In this document: positions 9,727 to 18,687 of the stretch, piece after piece
Layout: each line of letters starts with the position of its first letter
Numbering within the stretch: position 1 is the first letter of the stretch
Origin: Eubacteriales bacterium
Lineage (GTDB): Bacteria; Bacillota; Clostridia; Oscillospirales; CAG-272
Direction: 5' to 3'
Assembly (NCBI GenBank): GCA_045535095.1
Contig: JAZSKY010000002.1
Location: 1 to 63,061, forward strand
Length of the DNA stretch: 63,061 nucleotides
Translations under genes and position numbers: made by a program
Notes under the pieces: model-generated
What the model saw: the letters and a program-made list of their open reading frames with translations, nothing else
What the model was told of the DNA's origin: nothing
Database searches by the model: none

Positions 9727-9754
9727 AAAGCGTGTGGCATTTGCCACACGCTTT
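9727..9754. terminator. Bidirectional intrinsic terminator between convergent genes
   Basis: AAAGCGTGTGGCA-TT-TGCCACACGCTTT. Confidence 0.85.
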
Positions 9755-9759
9755 TGTTT

Positions 9760-11100
9760 TTACGATAATTTAATTGTTACGTCTCTGCGCTCCTCGGTGG
9801 GGTTTGTGACCGAGATCACGTCACCTGCCGAGAAAACGTACTCGAAATTGCCGTTTTCGTCCGAGGTTATCTCGCTGCCGTTTATCTTAACGCTTATCTG
9901 CTTGTCCTTTATTTTGAGAGTAGTTGCATTAAGAAGAAGCGAAACGAAATGATACTCCTCGCCTGAGGGGATAGAGAAGGTAACCGACGAGTCAAGAAGG
10001 ATTATCGGATTATTCGTATCGCCGTCGAGACAGTTGAGAAGGAACTCGACCTCGCTGACGCTCGCCTTACTTGTGGAAGCGATCGCAATAGAGATCTCGT
10101 CGCCTGCGTTCACGTAAACGTACTGCGAAACCTTACCCTCGGTGTAGGGGGAAACCTCCATTGTCGTCTTGTTGTAGAGCATAATGGTATTGTGCGAGGT
10201 ATAGGATACTACCTGAAGAAATCCGTTTCTTTCTGCTACGTATCCGTAATAAACGGTCTTGTCCTTTTCAACGCTTACTGTATAGGTGGTGTCGAGAAGA
10301 GCGTCAAAGGGAAGCTCGGGCGAGCCGGGAATGGACTCGAACTCAAGGTTTAAAGACTTTTCAGCGTCCGTCTTGTTTATAATTTTAAGTACGGTAGGTG
10401 AGAAATGGCTTTCGGGAATGAGTCTGAACTCGATCTTTCCGTTTTCGTCGGGAGTGTAGGTGTTTTCGTCGTAGATTATCTCGATGTCGGTAGCGTTTAT
10501 TTTGAGGATTCTCTCACCGCCGCCTATCGAATAGAAGAAATCGGAGCTTGCCGCAAGAATAAGAGGCGAGCCGTCAAGGGCAACGGGAAAGGGACGCTCC
10601 GCGCTTCCGTCGGGAGTGATGTTCTCAACGAGTATTTCGCTCTCTGTCTCGCTTTCGCTGACAGTTAAGGGGTAAGAGGGCTGATACTCGGAATATCCGT
10701 CGGGGAGAGATTCAAAGCTGAGCGTGTAAGCGCCGACTGCAAGAGAGGCGTTGAAGCATCCGTTTGTATCGGTCTTACCGCGAAGAGCTTCGTCATATCC
10801 GAAATAGAGCACGAACTCTGCATCGGCAACGGGAGTGCCATCCTGATCGGTAACCTTTATAACGTGGCTTATCTTAAGCTCGGCAGGAGCAGACTCCTTG
10901 CCGCAGACGTCACAGATGCCGTCGGAATTTTCGTCACTGTGCTCGGTACACTCGGTCTTTTTCTCGATCGGCGTGGAGCATACGTCGCATGCGCCGTCCG
11001 CGTTTTCGTCAACGTGCGAGGTGCAAGTGTCGGTAGTGCAAGCCGAAAAGAGAAGTGCTACGAGAGCAAATATAGATATCAGAGATATTATTTTCTTCAT
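9760..11100 (-). CDS. Lipoprotein with two N-terminal Cys/His repeats and beta-sandwich (prealbumin/CnaB-like) modules
   Basis: Lipobox LFSAC; CTSHVDENADGACDVC and CTEHSDENSDGICDVC; VTDQDGTPV...GKTDTNG...GAYTLSFESLPDGY. Confidence 0.75.
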   Translation of the reverse strand: MKKIISLISIFALVALLFSACTTDTCTSHVDENADGACDVCSTPIEKKTECTEHSDENSDGICDVCGKESAPAELKISHVIKVTDQDGTPVADAEFVLYFGYDEALRGKTDTNGCFNASLAVGAYTLSFESLPDGYSEYQPSYPLTVSESETESEILVENITPDGSAERPFPVALDGSPLILAASSDFFYSIGGGERILKINATDIEIIYDENTYTPDENGKIEFRLIPESHFSPTVLKIINKTDAEKSLNLEFESIPGSPELPFDALLDTTYTVSVEKDKTVYYGYVAERNGFLQVVSYTSHNTIMLYNKTTMEVSPYTEGKVSQYVYVNAGDEISIAIASTSKASVSEVEFLLNCLDGDTNNPIILLDSSVTFSIPSGEEYHFVSLLLNATTLKIKDKQISVKINGSEITSDENGNFEYVFSAGDVISVTNPTEERRDVTIKLS

Positions 11101-11130
11101 TTTTCCTCCAAGAAGATCAAAATATAGATT

Positions 11131-11159
11131 ATTATAACATTTTTTCGATCACTTTGCAA
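11131..11159 (-). promoter_or_regulatory. Sigma-A promoter for the 9760-11100 lipoprotein
   Basis: TTGCAA-17-TATAAT. Confidence 0.75.
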
Positions 11160-11181
11160 GGGGTTTTGAAAAAAGAAAGAA

Positions 11182-11209
11182 AAAACAGCAGACCGAAGTC
11201 TGCTGTTTT
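11182..11209 (-). terminator. Intrinsic terminator
   Basis: AAAACAGCAGAC-CGAA-GTCTGCTGTTTT. Confidence 0.85.
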
Positions 11210-11227
11210 GGTTAATCTGAATATGAA

Positions 11228-12094
11228 TTACTCAGCGATTCTCTTCTTGGAAACGATAGCGCATCCGAAGATAGAAGCAAGAGCAACTGCTGCAACTGCA
11301 ACGTAGAGTGCAGTGCTGTCGCCGTTCTCGGGCGATCCGCTATTGCCGCCTGCGGGAGCATCAACCTTCTTGGTGATGATAAGGTTGATAGTATCAGAGG
11401 TCTCGGGACCGGGCATGGGAATATTGGAAGAAATGAAGCCCTCAAAGGTTTCGCCTGCAGCAAGAGTAACCTCATAGGGCGCTTCAAACCATTCGCTACC
11501 GTACTGATCTTCAACACCGATAGAAGCATTCTCTTCGCCGTCAGCAGCAGCAATAATATATGTACCTGCTTCGGTTGCGGTGAATGTAACAGCTACTTCT
11601 TTAGCGGTGAAGTTTTCGATAGCAATGTCGATGTCGTTTGCGCCGAGAGTAAGCTCGATAGCTTCGGGCTCTACAGGACCGGTGCCGCTTCCGTCAGCGG
11701 GAATGCACTCCTGAGGCATGCTCATACCGAAACGAACCATAAGGGTTTCGCCTTCAATGGTGAAGAATATGTAATTTGCTGCTTCGGGATCTCCGGTATT
11801 TCCGTCCTCGACGGTGATAGCTACAGCGTCACCATCAAAGGTGTAGGTGTAGGTTCCGCTAAATCCAGAGTAGTTATCATCAACGATGGTGAGGATTCCG
11901 CCGCCAAGGCTAGTTCTCTGGAAGGTCAATGTGTAAGCTACGACGTGCATTGCGGGAGGTGCCATAGAGTTGAGAACCTCATATTCGTCGCCATCCATGA
12001 GATCAGCGAAAGTGGTGCGAGGCGCCGCTGAAACGGTGAGTGCCATAGTAAGTACCATAGCAAGAACTAAAATGGTTGCGATCAGTTTTTTCAT
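11228..12094 (-). CDS. Secreted surface protein with a C-terminal sortase-type sorting signal
   Basis: Signal peptide (…MALTVSA); C-terminus SPENGD + hydrophobic helix + KKR tail. Confidence 0.7.
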   Translation of the reverse strand: MKKLIATILVLAMVLTMALTVSAAPRTTFADLMDGDEYEVLNSMAPPAMHVVAYTLTFQRTSLGGGILTIVDDNYSGFSGTYTYTFDGDAVAITVEDGNTGDPEAANYIFFTIEGETLMVRFGMSMPQECIPADGSGTGPVEPEAIELTLGANDIDIAIENFTAKEVAVTFTATEAGTYIIAAADGEENASIGVEDQYGSEWFEAPYEVTLAAGETFEGFISSNIPMPGPETSDTINLIITKKVDAPAGGNSGSPENGDSTALYVAVAAVALASIFGCAIVSKKRIAE

Positions 12095-12160
12095 TTTAAA
12101 ATTCCTTTCTGAAAACTGAAAATTAAACTAATTCAGTATATTTTTAATTAGTTTGTGTAT

Positions 12161-12189
12161 ATTTTATCACCCTTTTCTTGATATGTCAA
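12161..12189 (-). promoter_or_regulatory. Sigma-A promoter for the 11228-12094 gene
   Basis: TTGACA-17-TAAAAT. Confidence 0.8.
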
Positions 12190-12252
12190 CAGTTTTTTGA
12201 CAAAATATTAACTTATTGGTAAAAAAACTAACGTTTGGGGAGAAAAAATACA

Positions 12253-12280
12253 AAAAAACGAGCCGAAAGGCTCGTTTTTT
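12253..12280 (-). terminator. Intrinsic terminator ending the MoxR-vWA-lipoprotein operon
   Basis: AAAAAACGAGCC-GAAA-GGCTCGTTTTTT. Confidence 0.85.
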
Positions 12281-12289
12281 ATATATGGA

Positions 12290-14443
12290 TTATGCTTTGG
12301 TGATTACGAGGTCGATAGTATCTGGCTCGAAGTTATCGGTCATAACGAGGAACGAGAAGCTTTCGCCTGATTCAAGAGTAATCTCGTAAGGAAGTTCAAA
12401 GGTAGAAAATCCGTATGCATCTTCCGTACCGCAGGAGGCATTAGTCTCGCCTGCTGCTGCACTGATGGTGTAAGTTCCGGCTTCGATTGCCGTGAAGGTT
12501 ACGTTAACGCCCATAAACGAGTTGACAACATTAATCGAGTTTTCTCCAAGGTTGAGTTCTGTTCCGGCAGGAATATCCTCTCCGCCGCCAATATCTCCGC
12601 CTTCTTCATCAACGGTTGCGTCGGTGATAGTGAAGGTGACCTCTGCATCTGCGCTTGCGTTAAGAGTTGCAACAGCGGCAATAGCGCCCGACATATAGTA
12701 GTCGATCTGCTCACCCGATACGATCGCGCTCCAGCCGTTGTTTACGTCAACGTTTGCGTTGTTCCAAGTGATAATGAACGACTTATACATTGCGTTCGCG
12801 GTGAAGCCTTCAACGTAAATGTTGTACGAAACGCCTGCGGTCATAGTTACGGTATTAGTACCAACGGTAAGCTCGATCTTGTTTTCGAACTCCTCGATAA
12901 CTACGTCAGCGGTGTCAGAAGCGCCCTTAAGAAGGAAGGGAATGCTTCCGCCCACTGCTGTGACCTGAACCTCTCTTGCCCAGGTTGCGCCGTCGTCAAC
13001 GCTTACCTCGAAGCCTTCGGGTGCCTTGATGATGAAGAGTGCGCCGTCCCATGCTTCGTTGAATACGTTGAGGGTACCCTCTGCGCCTGCCTTGGCGGTG
13101 TAGGTGGTTGTATCGCTCTCAACGAGGTATCCTGCGTGGGTAATGGTGATAGTTGCGTCAACGGTGGTTTCGGTGGTCTCGAAGTTGCTTGCCTTTACGT
13201 AGAAGCAGATCTTCTCGCCTGCTTCAAGGTTTGCGGTGATGAAGTCGCCCCAGATGCCTGCCATGTAGCTGTATTCTTCGCTCCACTGATAGAAATAAAT
13301 GTCCTCGCTGTCAGCGACTATCGAGTAAGCGCCTGCCTTGGGTGCGGTGAACTCTGCGGTGAAGTATTCGCCGTAGGTGAAGGTGTGGCTGTTCTCGCCC
13401 TCGTTTACTGCAGTAGAGCTGAAGGAAACGATCTCAAAGTCAAACTCGAAGGTAGAAGAGCTGAGATCCTGGCACTGAACGGTGAAGCTTACGTCTGCTC
13501 CGTCAGCGGTAGCGCCAACTGTAACAGAGGTATCAAGCATATCGTTCCAAGCGAGGTTTTCAGCCTCAGAGGAGATCTGATAGAGTCCTGCGGTGGGCGC
13601 CTTGAAGCTTACGTTCATAACAACGCCTGTGGGGAGAGAGTAAGTACCCTTAGTGCCTACAAGAACAACGTCCTCGTAGGAAACGATGGTATATTCGAAG
13701 GGAATTACCTTATCGTCGGGAATTTCGTATGGCCAGATAGAAGCCTTGACGGTGAATTCTCCTGCCTCGGCAACCTCAAACATGTAAACCTGAGTAAAGG
13801 ACCAGAGGTTTTCCTCGCTTTCCTCGTCGAGCATTCCGCCGTAGTTTACGCCAGACTCATCGGTAGAGAAGATCGCGTACTTGCCTGCCGCAGGAGCGTT
13901 GAAGGTAACTGTCTGATAGTAGGTTACCCAAGCCTGCTCAACCGCGATAGATCCGTCGCCCGTGGTGACCACTTCGCCGAACACGGTCTTGAATGCCGAG
14001 ATGCTGACAGAGGTGTTTGCATTGATGGATGCTACCTTAACGGTATAAACGAGCTTAGAGTCCTTAGCCTCGGGCTCGCCAACGATCTCTGCGCCGTTTA
14101 CCGAAAGAGCGTAGTCGCTGTCAACGGTAGCCTTGAAGGTGACGTCAGTGCCGGGTGCGCCCGAAAGAGTGCCATCAACGGTAACGTTCTCGGGAGCATT
14201 TACCGTAACGAAATACGCGGTAACGTATCCGCAGACGTCACAAATGCCGTCCTCTGTGCCTGTGTGAGCGGCAAGATCCGATTTTTCGGAAGTATGCTCG
14301 CAGTTTGCCGCATGCCAATGGTTTTCAGCGTCTGACGACCACTCGGCAGCGAAGGTGTGTGTGTGTTCTACCTTGTCAGTGCAGCTCGCAAGGGCTGTGA
14401 GCGCAAATACAAAGCAAAGAACGAGAGAGATTATTCTCTTCAT
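12290..14443 (-). CDS. Lipoprotein with a His/Cys N-terminal motif and multiple beta-sandwich repeats (start moved to 14443)
   Basis: SD GGAGG before ATG 14443; lipobox ALASC; HTHTF..EW..D..NHWH...CEH; four FxA[PI]xxGxYxI modules. Confidence 0.75.
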   Translation of the reverse strand: MKRIISLVLCFVFALTALASCTDKVEHTHTFAAEWSSDAENHWHAANCEHTSEKSDLAAHTGTEDGICDVCGYVTAYFVTVNAPENVTVDGTLSGAPGTDVTFKATVDSDYALSVNGAEIVGEPEAKDSKLVYTVKVASINANTSVSISAFKTVFGEVVTTGDGSIAVEQAWVTYYQTVTFNAPAAGKYAIFSTDESGVNYGGMLDEESEENLWSFTQVYMFEVAEAGEFTVKASIWPYEIPDDKVIPFEYTIVSYEDVVLVGTKGTYSLPTGVVMNVSFKAPTAGLYQISSEAENLAWNDMLDTSVTVGATADGADVSFTVQCQDLSSSTFEFDFEIVSFSSTAVNEGENSHTFTYGEYFTAEFTAPKAGAYSIVADSEDIYFYQWSEEYSYMAGIWGDFITANLEAGEKICFYVKASNFETTETTVDATITITHAGYLVESDTTTYTAKAGAEGTLNVFNEAWDGALFIIKAPEGFEVSVDDGATWAREVQVTAVGGSIPFLLKGASDTADVVIEEFENKIELTVGTNTVTMTAGVSYNIYVEGFTANAMYKSFIITWNNANVDVNNGWSAIVSGEQIDYYMSGAIAAVATLNASADAEVTFTITDATVDEEGGDIGGGEDIPAGTELNLGENSINVVNSFMGVNVTFTAIEAGTYTISAAAGETNASCGTEDAYGFSTFELPYEITLESGESFSFLVMTDNFEPDTIDLVITKA

Positions 14444-14482
14444 AATTTTTGCCTCCTTTAAAAGCATAAATTTATTTTAATT

Positions 14483-16051
14483 TTATTTTTCAACGTAATA
14501 TCCGCAGGCGAACAGCCACTGATCGTCCTCGTCTGCATATACCGAAATGCTCGGATTTGTCTCAACGAAGCCGTTTCCGTCGAAGAAGAGAAGCTGCGAG
14601 ATGCTGAATTTCTGCAAAAATGCCTTCAGTTCTTCTGTTACGGCGTAAAGTCCGTCGCTATTGGTGTAGTTCGCGTATCCGCCGACTCCGACCGCCTCTA
14701 CGGGACATCTTCTGCAGTCTGCGTGACAGCGAGTACAAGCCTCGGTACAAGCACCGATATATCCCGTGTTACACTGATTTCTGAGTCTGCAAGGGCAGCT
14801 TGTCGTACAGAAATAAGGTCCGCTATCTCCGGGGGGATCTACGAGAAGCGCCTCAAACCCCTCGATGAAGAGCTTATAGTTTTCGGTTCCGCCAGAAACG
14901 GTCAGAACCTTGTTTCCTGCAAGCTCGATGGTTGTAAAGGGTGAGTCGATAAATCTGCACGCCGTGCTTATATATGCATACAGAATCGGACCGTATCCGT
15001 GTGTCTCGGGATATTTTGCCTCGTCGTAGAGGTGATAATATCCGTCGCCGCCGTTTTCCTTTGCCCAAAGCTTGTAGAGCGATCCGTCAAAGATGTTCGC
15101 GCTCGCGCCTCCCACCGTTTGAGTGGTCTCCGCGCCGACAAATTCATATTTTGAAGGATCGTAATCAGGTTGCTGAACGAGAGTCTCGCTCGGAATTATG
15201 AGTCCCGATTCTATGTGCGGCATTGAAAATTCGCCGTCAAGCATTATGACGAAATAAACGTGTACGGGATATTCGCCGCTCTTCGAGTCTGCCTTGATAC
15301 CGAAGGTGAAGGTGACCTGACCGCCGTTTCCTATCATTTCATCGGCGATATTTACGTCAAGCTTGAAGTTCTTCGTGAAGGAGGACTGCGCTCCTCCGTC
15401 GTCGGCAGTAAAGTCAAGCTGCTTGAAATATGCGTTTGCGCCGTAGTAATTCGCTTTCGGATTTACAGTGTTTTCAACTGTATCGGTCCACGAATGTATC
15501 GAATAGGTTCCGCTCTTTCTCGGGGAAAATTCGAAATAGACCTCATCGCCTGCGTCCTCGATCTCAGCGCGGTAAACGCCCGTCGATGCGATATTTATAC
15601 AGCTGTTGTAGAGGTGATTTCCTTTACCCTTCGTCTCAACGAGGCGGTAAAGCTTTATGACAACGTTTTTACTGTCGCTCGTTGCGGTATATGCGCTCGG
15701 ATCGTATCCGTAGCCGTCGGGGATATCCGAAAGGGTTACCTTGTAGTCTCCGTCGAGTCCGCTGATCCTTGCAACTCCGTCCTCACCGATCTTTGCCTTG
15801 TGGAAGGAGAATCCGTCGTTCCACTGAACGTATATCTCCTTGTCGGGGGTGGGAATATAGACCTGCGAATTGTATTCGAGAGATACTGTGAAATCGCCTG
15901 ACGTGTCAGTGCCGCTTGGCCGGTCGGTCTGATCCTCGCCGCCTTGAGAAGCACCGCTCGACGATCCGATAGGAGAATACTCTCCGCACGAGGCAAGTAT
16001 CATTGAAAGGGAAAGAAGGAGGATAAGAAGAGAGAAAATCTTATTTTTCAT
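14483..16051 (-). CDS. Lipoprotein with a 9-Cys cluster, uncharacterised
   Basis: Lipobox ILASC; prealbumin-like module (GDYKVTLSDIPDGY); CTTSCPCRLRNQCNTGYIGACTEACTRCHADCRRC; ATGA overlap with the upstream vWA gene. Confidence 0.75.
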   Translation of the reverse strand: MKNKIFSLLILLLSLSMILASCGEYSPIGSSSGASQGGEDQTDRPSGTDTSGDFTVSLEYNSQVYIPTPDKEIYVQWNDGFSFHKAKIGEDGVARISGLDGDYKVTLSDIPDGYGYDPSAYTATSDSKNVVIKLYRLVETKGKGNHLYNSCINIASTGVYRAEIEDAGDEVYFEFSPRKSGTYSIHSWTDTVENTVNPKANYYGANAYFKQLDFTADDGGAQSSFTKNFKLDVNIADEMIGNGGQVTFTFGIKADSKSGEYPVHVYFVIMLDGEFSMPHIESGLIIPSETLVQQPDYDPSKYEFVGAETTQTVGGASANIFDGSLYKLWAKENGGDGYYHLYDEAKYPETHGYGPILYAYISTACRFIDSPFTTIELAGNKVLTVSGGTENYKLFIEGFEALLVDPPGDSGPYFCTTSCPCRLRNQCNTGYIGACTEACTRCHADCRRCPVEAVGVGGYANYTNSDGLYAVTEELKAFLQKFSISQLLFFDGNGFVETNPSISVYADEDDQWLFACGYYVEK

Positions 16052-18687
16052 ATTTTCATTCCTCCTTTTCTTGACTTAAAGAAGCTCTTTACGTCGCTTA
16101 TTTTGAGCTTTCTTATAATTATATCAACGATAAAGGCAATTATCGCGAGAATCATAAGGGGTGCCGTCATACGGAGCGTGTAGGTTGCGATATCGTCGTC
16201 CTCGTTTTCAAGTGAGGGAACAACGCCTTCGCTTACGCTTCCTCTGTTTCTTATAGCGGCGTGGAGAGTTGACGGATCAAAGACCGCGAAGCTGTCATAT
16301 TCGGGTGAATAGGAGACGTTGAAGGTCTCGTTTGCCGCAAACGATCTTTCGCCGTACGAATAAACTATGTCTATCTGATATTTTCCGCTCGCCGGAGTTT
16401 CAAACTTGTAGAAATATCTCGACGAGTCGAATGTGAGCTGCTTTGTAACGGACGTGCCGTCGGGAAGTGTGACGGTAGCCGTTGCGGTAGCGCTCGGATT
16501 AAGATCAGCAGGGATTATCTCAACGCTTGAGCTTGTACCGTCATACTCAACGTTAAGGGTGTAGGGATATCCGATTCTTTCGTCGGGCGTGCAGCCCTTA
16601 CATACGTTTGAGAAGAAGGCTTTTCCTTCATCGGACGCCCAAAGTTCGCTCCAGTCTCCCGAGAGAGTGCTTGTGAAGCTTGCAACCCTTCCTTCACCGT
16701 AGCTCCAGTATGCGTAGAGAGGAGCTTTGACCGTTTTTCCGCTGCTCTTTACGTATTCTACCTGCAATGGTGTGTAGGCACTCGCCTTGCTCTTTGCGTA
16801 AACGTATCCGAAAACGTCGGGAAGAGAAGTGATGCCCTCGAGAAATTCGTCGCCCGGAAGGGCAATCTCTACCGAGGTCTGCTTTTCTATTACCGACTCG
16901 GTAAGGTCGTCCGCAATATCGGTAAACATTACCTTGTCAAGCTCTTCCTCGGTGGTTATTTCGTAGTATTTTCCGCCACCTGCGCTTGCGATACCCTTGA
17001 GTGTTGCCATTCCTTCCTCACGCGGCGGCGCGTGAATTACCGAGGTTGTAATGCCGCTTTCATAGAGACGGGCAACAACGTCAGAGGGCGTGTCGCTGTC
17101 GAGAGTATAGGACATACCGTCGCTTATCAGCATTATCTGCTTTTCGTCAAAGGCAAGCTCTGTCATAAGGTCGCCCGCTTTGTCGAGTGCTGTTCCTATA
17201 ACAGTACCCTGATAGGGCTCTATCGAGTTTATCTTCTTTGCAAGAAGGTCCTTGTTACTGTCAGATGCGCGTGTGGGTGACTGAAGGACGTTGATCTCGC
17301 CCCAGAAGTTTACTACCATAACGTAGTCGTTCTCGTCGAGGAGATCAAGCAGACGGACTGCCGCCATTTTCGCTATTATAAGACGGGAGAAGTTCTGCAT
17401 ACTGCGCGACGAGTCTATTACGATAGCGTAAAGCTTGGGGTCTCTGTCTCCGTTACCGAACTTGACGGGGAGCATATCCTCAAGCTGCATAAGAATATCC
17501 TCGGTCTTGTTCTGTATCTTGAGATCTCCCATAGTTACGAGACTTTTTCCAAAGAGAGATACCGATTTGTCAAGTGCGTCTATGAACGCGGTGTAGTTGT
17601 TTATTTCGCGAACGTCCACGTTTGAAATGACGATCTCGTCGTATTCGCACAGCTCTTCAATGCTGCAAGGAACGTCTCTGTTTTTCTTCGTTATTATATA
17701 GGACGTGATAGATGCCCTCTCACCGAAAAGCTCCTTCGCTCTCGTTTCGTCGTCCTTTGAAGAGCTTACGAGAAGAACCTTAAGCTCCTCGCTGACGCTC
17801 TGAGTGAAGAAATACGAATTGTTTATACCAAGGGTATCATCGTCAGACGAGATCTTGACGCTGTAATCAAACGTGCCTGCGACTCCTGTCGGAATGTCAA
17901 AGCTGAATACGTTGTATCCCTTTGTTAGCGAGAGTGCGCGAGAGTCTATCTCACTCTCTCCTGAGAAAAGGGTGATTATCGCATTCGAATCCTGATTGGA
18001 CTGAATAAGTATCTCTGCGCTTTCCTCATGGTTTAAATAGGTCGATTTTGTGAAATCAACGCCGCTTATCTGTATTTCCTTTGTGTCGGGCGAGATGTTA
18101 TCGTCAACGTATATCGCGTCTATCGAAATATCGTCGGCGTAAAGTCGCTCAACAGTGCTTATAAGTCGCGAGGTCGATTCGGGATCGCTGTCGCGTCCGT
18201 CGGTTATAAGAACTATCTTTTTGATACAGTCGTCTCCGAACAGCGCGGCGGTGTATTCAAGCGCAGATGCAATATCTGTGGCGCTGTCGTCCACGTTTTG
18301 CTCGCTTACTGACTTTATTTTTTCACCCATGGAGGTGAGGAGTGTCTGATCCTTGCCGAAGCAGACGATTCCCATTTTCGAGTTTCTCGGAAGCGAGTCT
18401 TTGACCTCGCCTACGTAATCGTCGATAAGATCGAGATTTTTGTTTGCCGAGAATGATACGTCTGTAACGACGTAAACCTCAGTTTTGGTTATTACCGAGG
18501 TGATGACCGCACCCGAGAGAGCTACCGTTATAAAAGCGGCAATAAGAAGGTGCAAAGTAAGGGACGCCGTTGTGCTTTTAGACTTGTTTTCCTTTCTTAT
18601 TGCGATAAAGAAGGGAATCAGTATAAGCGCGATAACGGGGACCGCTATAAGAAGCAGATAGGGATTATCGAAACTGATATTTATCAT
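16048..18687 (-). CDS. Membrane protein with two vWA (MIDAS) domains (start moved to 18687)
   Basis: N-terminal double TM; TDVSFS...LITDG and IDSSRS...LISDG; C-terminal TM. Confidence 0.85.
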   Translation of the reverse strand: MINISFDNPYLLLIAVPVIALILIPFFIAIRKENKSKSTTASLTLHLLIAAFITVALSGAVITSVITKTEVYVVTDVSFSANKNLDLIDDYVGEVKDSLPRNSKMGIVCFGKDQTLLTSMGEKIKSVSEQNVDDSATDIASALEYTAALFGDDCIKKIVLITDGRDSDPESTSRLISTVERLYADDISIDAIYVDDNISPDTKEIQISGVDFTKSTYLNHEESAEILIQSNQDSNAIITLFSGESEIDSRALSLTKGYNVFSFDIPTGVAGTFDYSVKISSDDDTLGINNSYFFTQSVSEELKVLLVSSSKDDETRAKELFGERASITSYIITKKNRDVPCSIEELCEYDEIVISNVDVREINNYTAFIDALDKSVSLFGKSLVTMGDLKIQNKTEDILMQLEDMLPVKFGNGDRDPKLYAIVIDSSRSMQNFSRLIIAKMAAVRLLDLLDENDYVMVVNFWGEINVLQSPTRASDSNKDLLAKKINSIEPYQGTVIGTALDKAGDLMTELAFDEKQIMLISDGMSYTLDSDTPSDVVARLYESGITTSVIHAPPREEGMATLKGIASAGGGKYYEITTEEELDKVMFTDIADDLTESVIEKQTSVEIALPGDEFLEGITSLPDVFGYVYAKSKASAYTPLQVEYVKSSGKTVKAPLYAYWSYGEGRVASFTSTLSGDWSELWASDEGKAFFSNVCKGCTPDERIGYPYTLNVEYDGTSSSVEIIPADLNPSATATATVTLPDGTSVTKQLTFDSSRYFYKFETPASGKYQIDIVYSYGERSFAANETFNVSYSPEYDSFAVFDPSTLHAAIRNRGSVSEGVVPSLENEDDDIATYTLRMTAPLMILAIIAFIVDIIIRKLKISDVKSFFKSRKGGMKI

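Noticed and set aside
13136-14335. 399-aa plus-strand ORF
   Set aside because: In-register antisense shadow of the 12290 lipoprotein gene.
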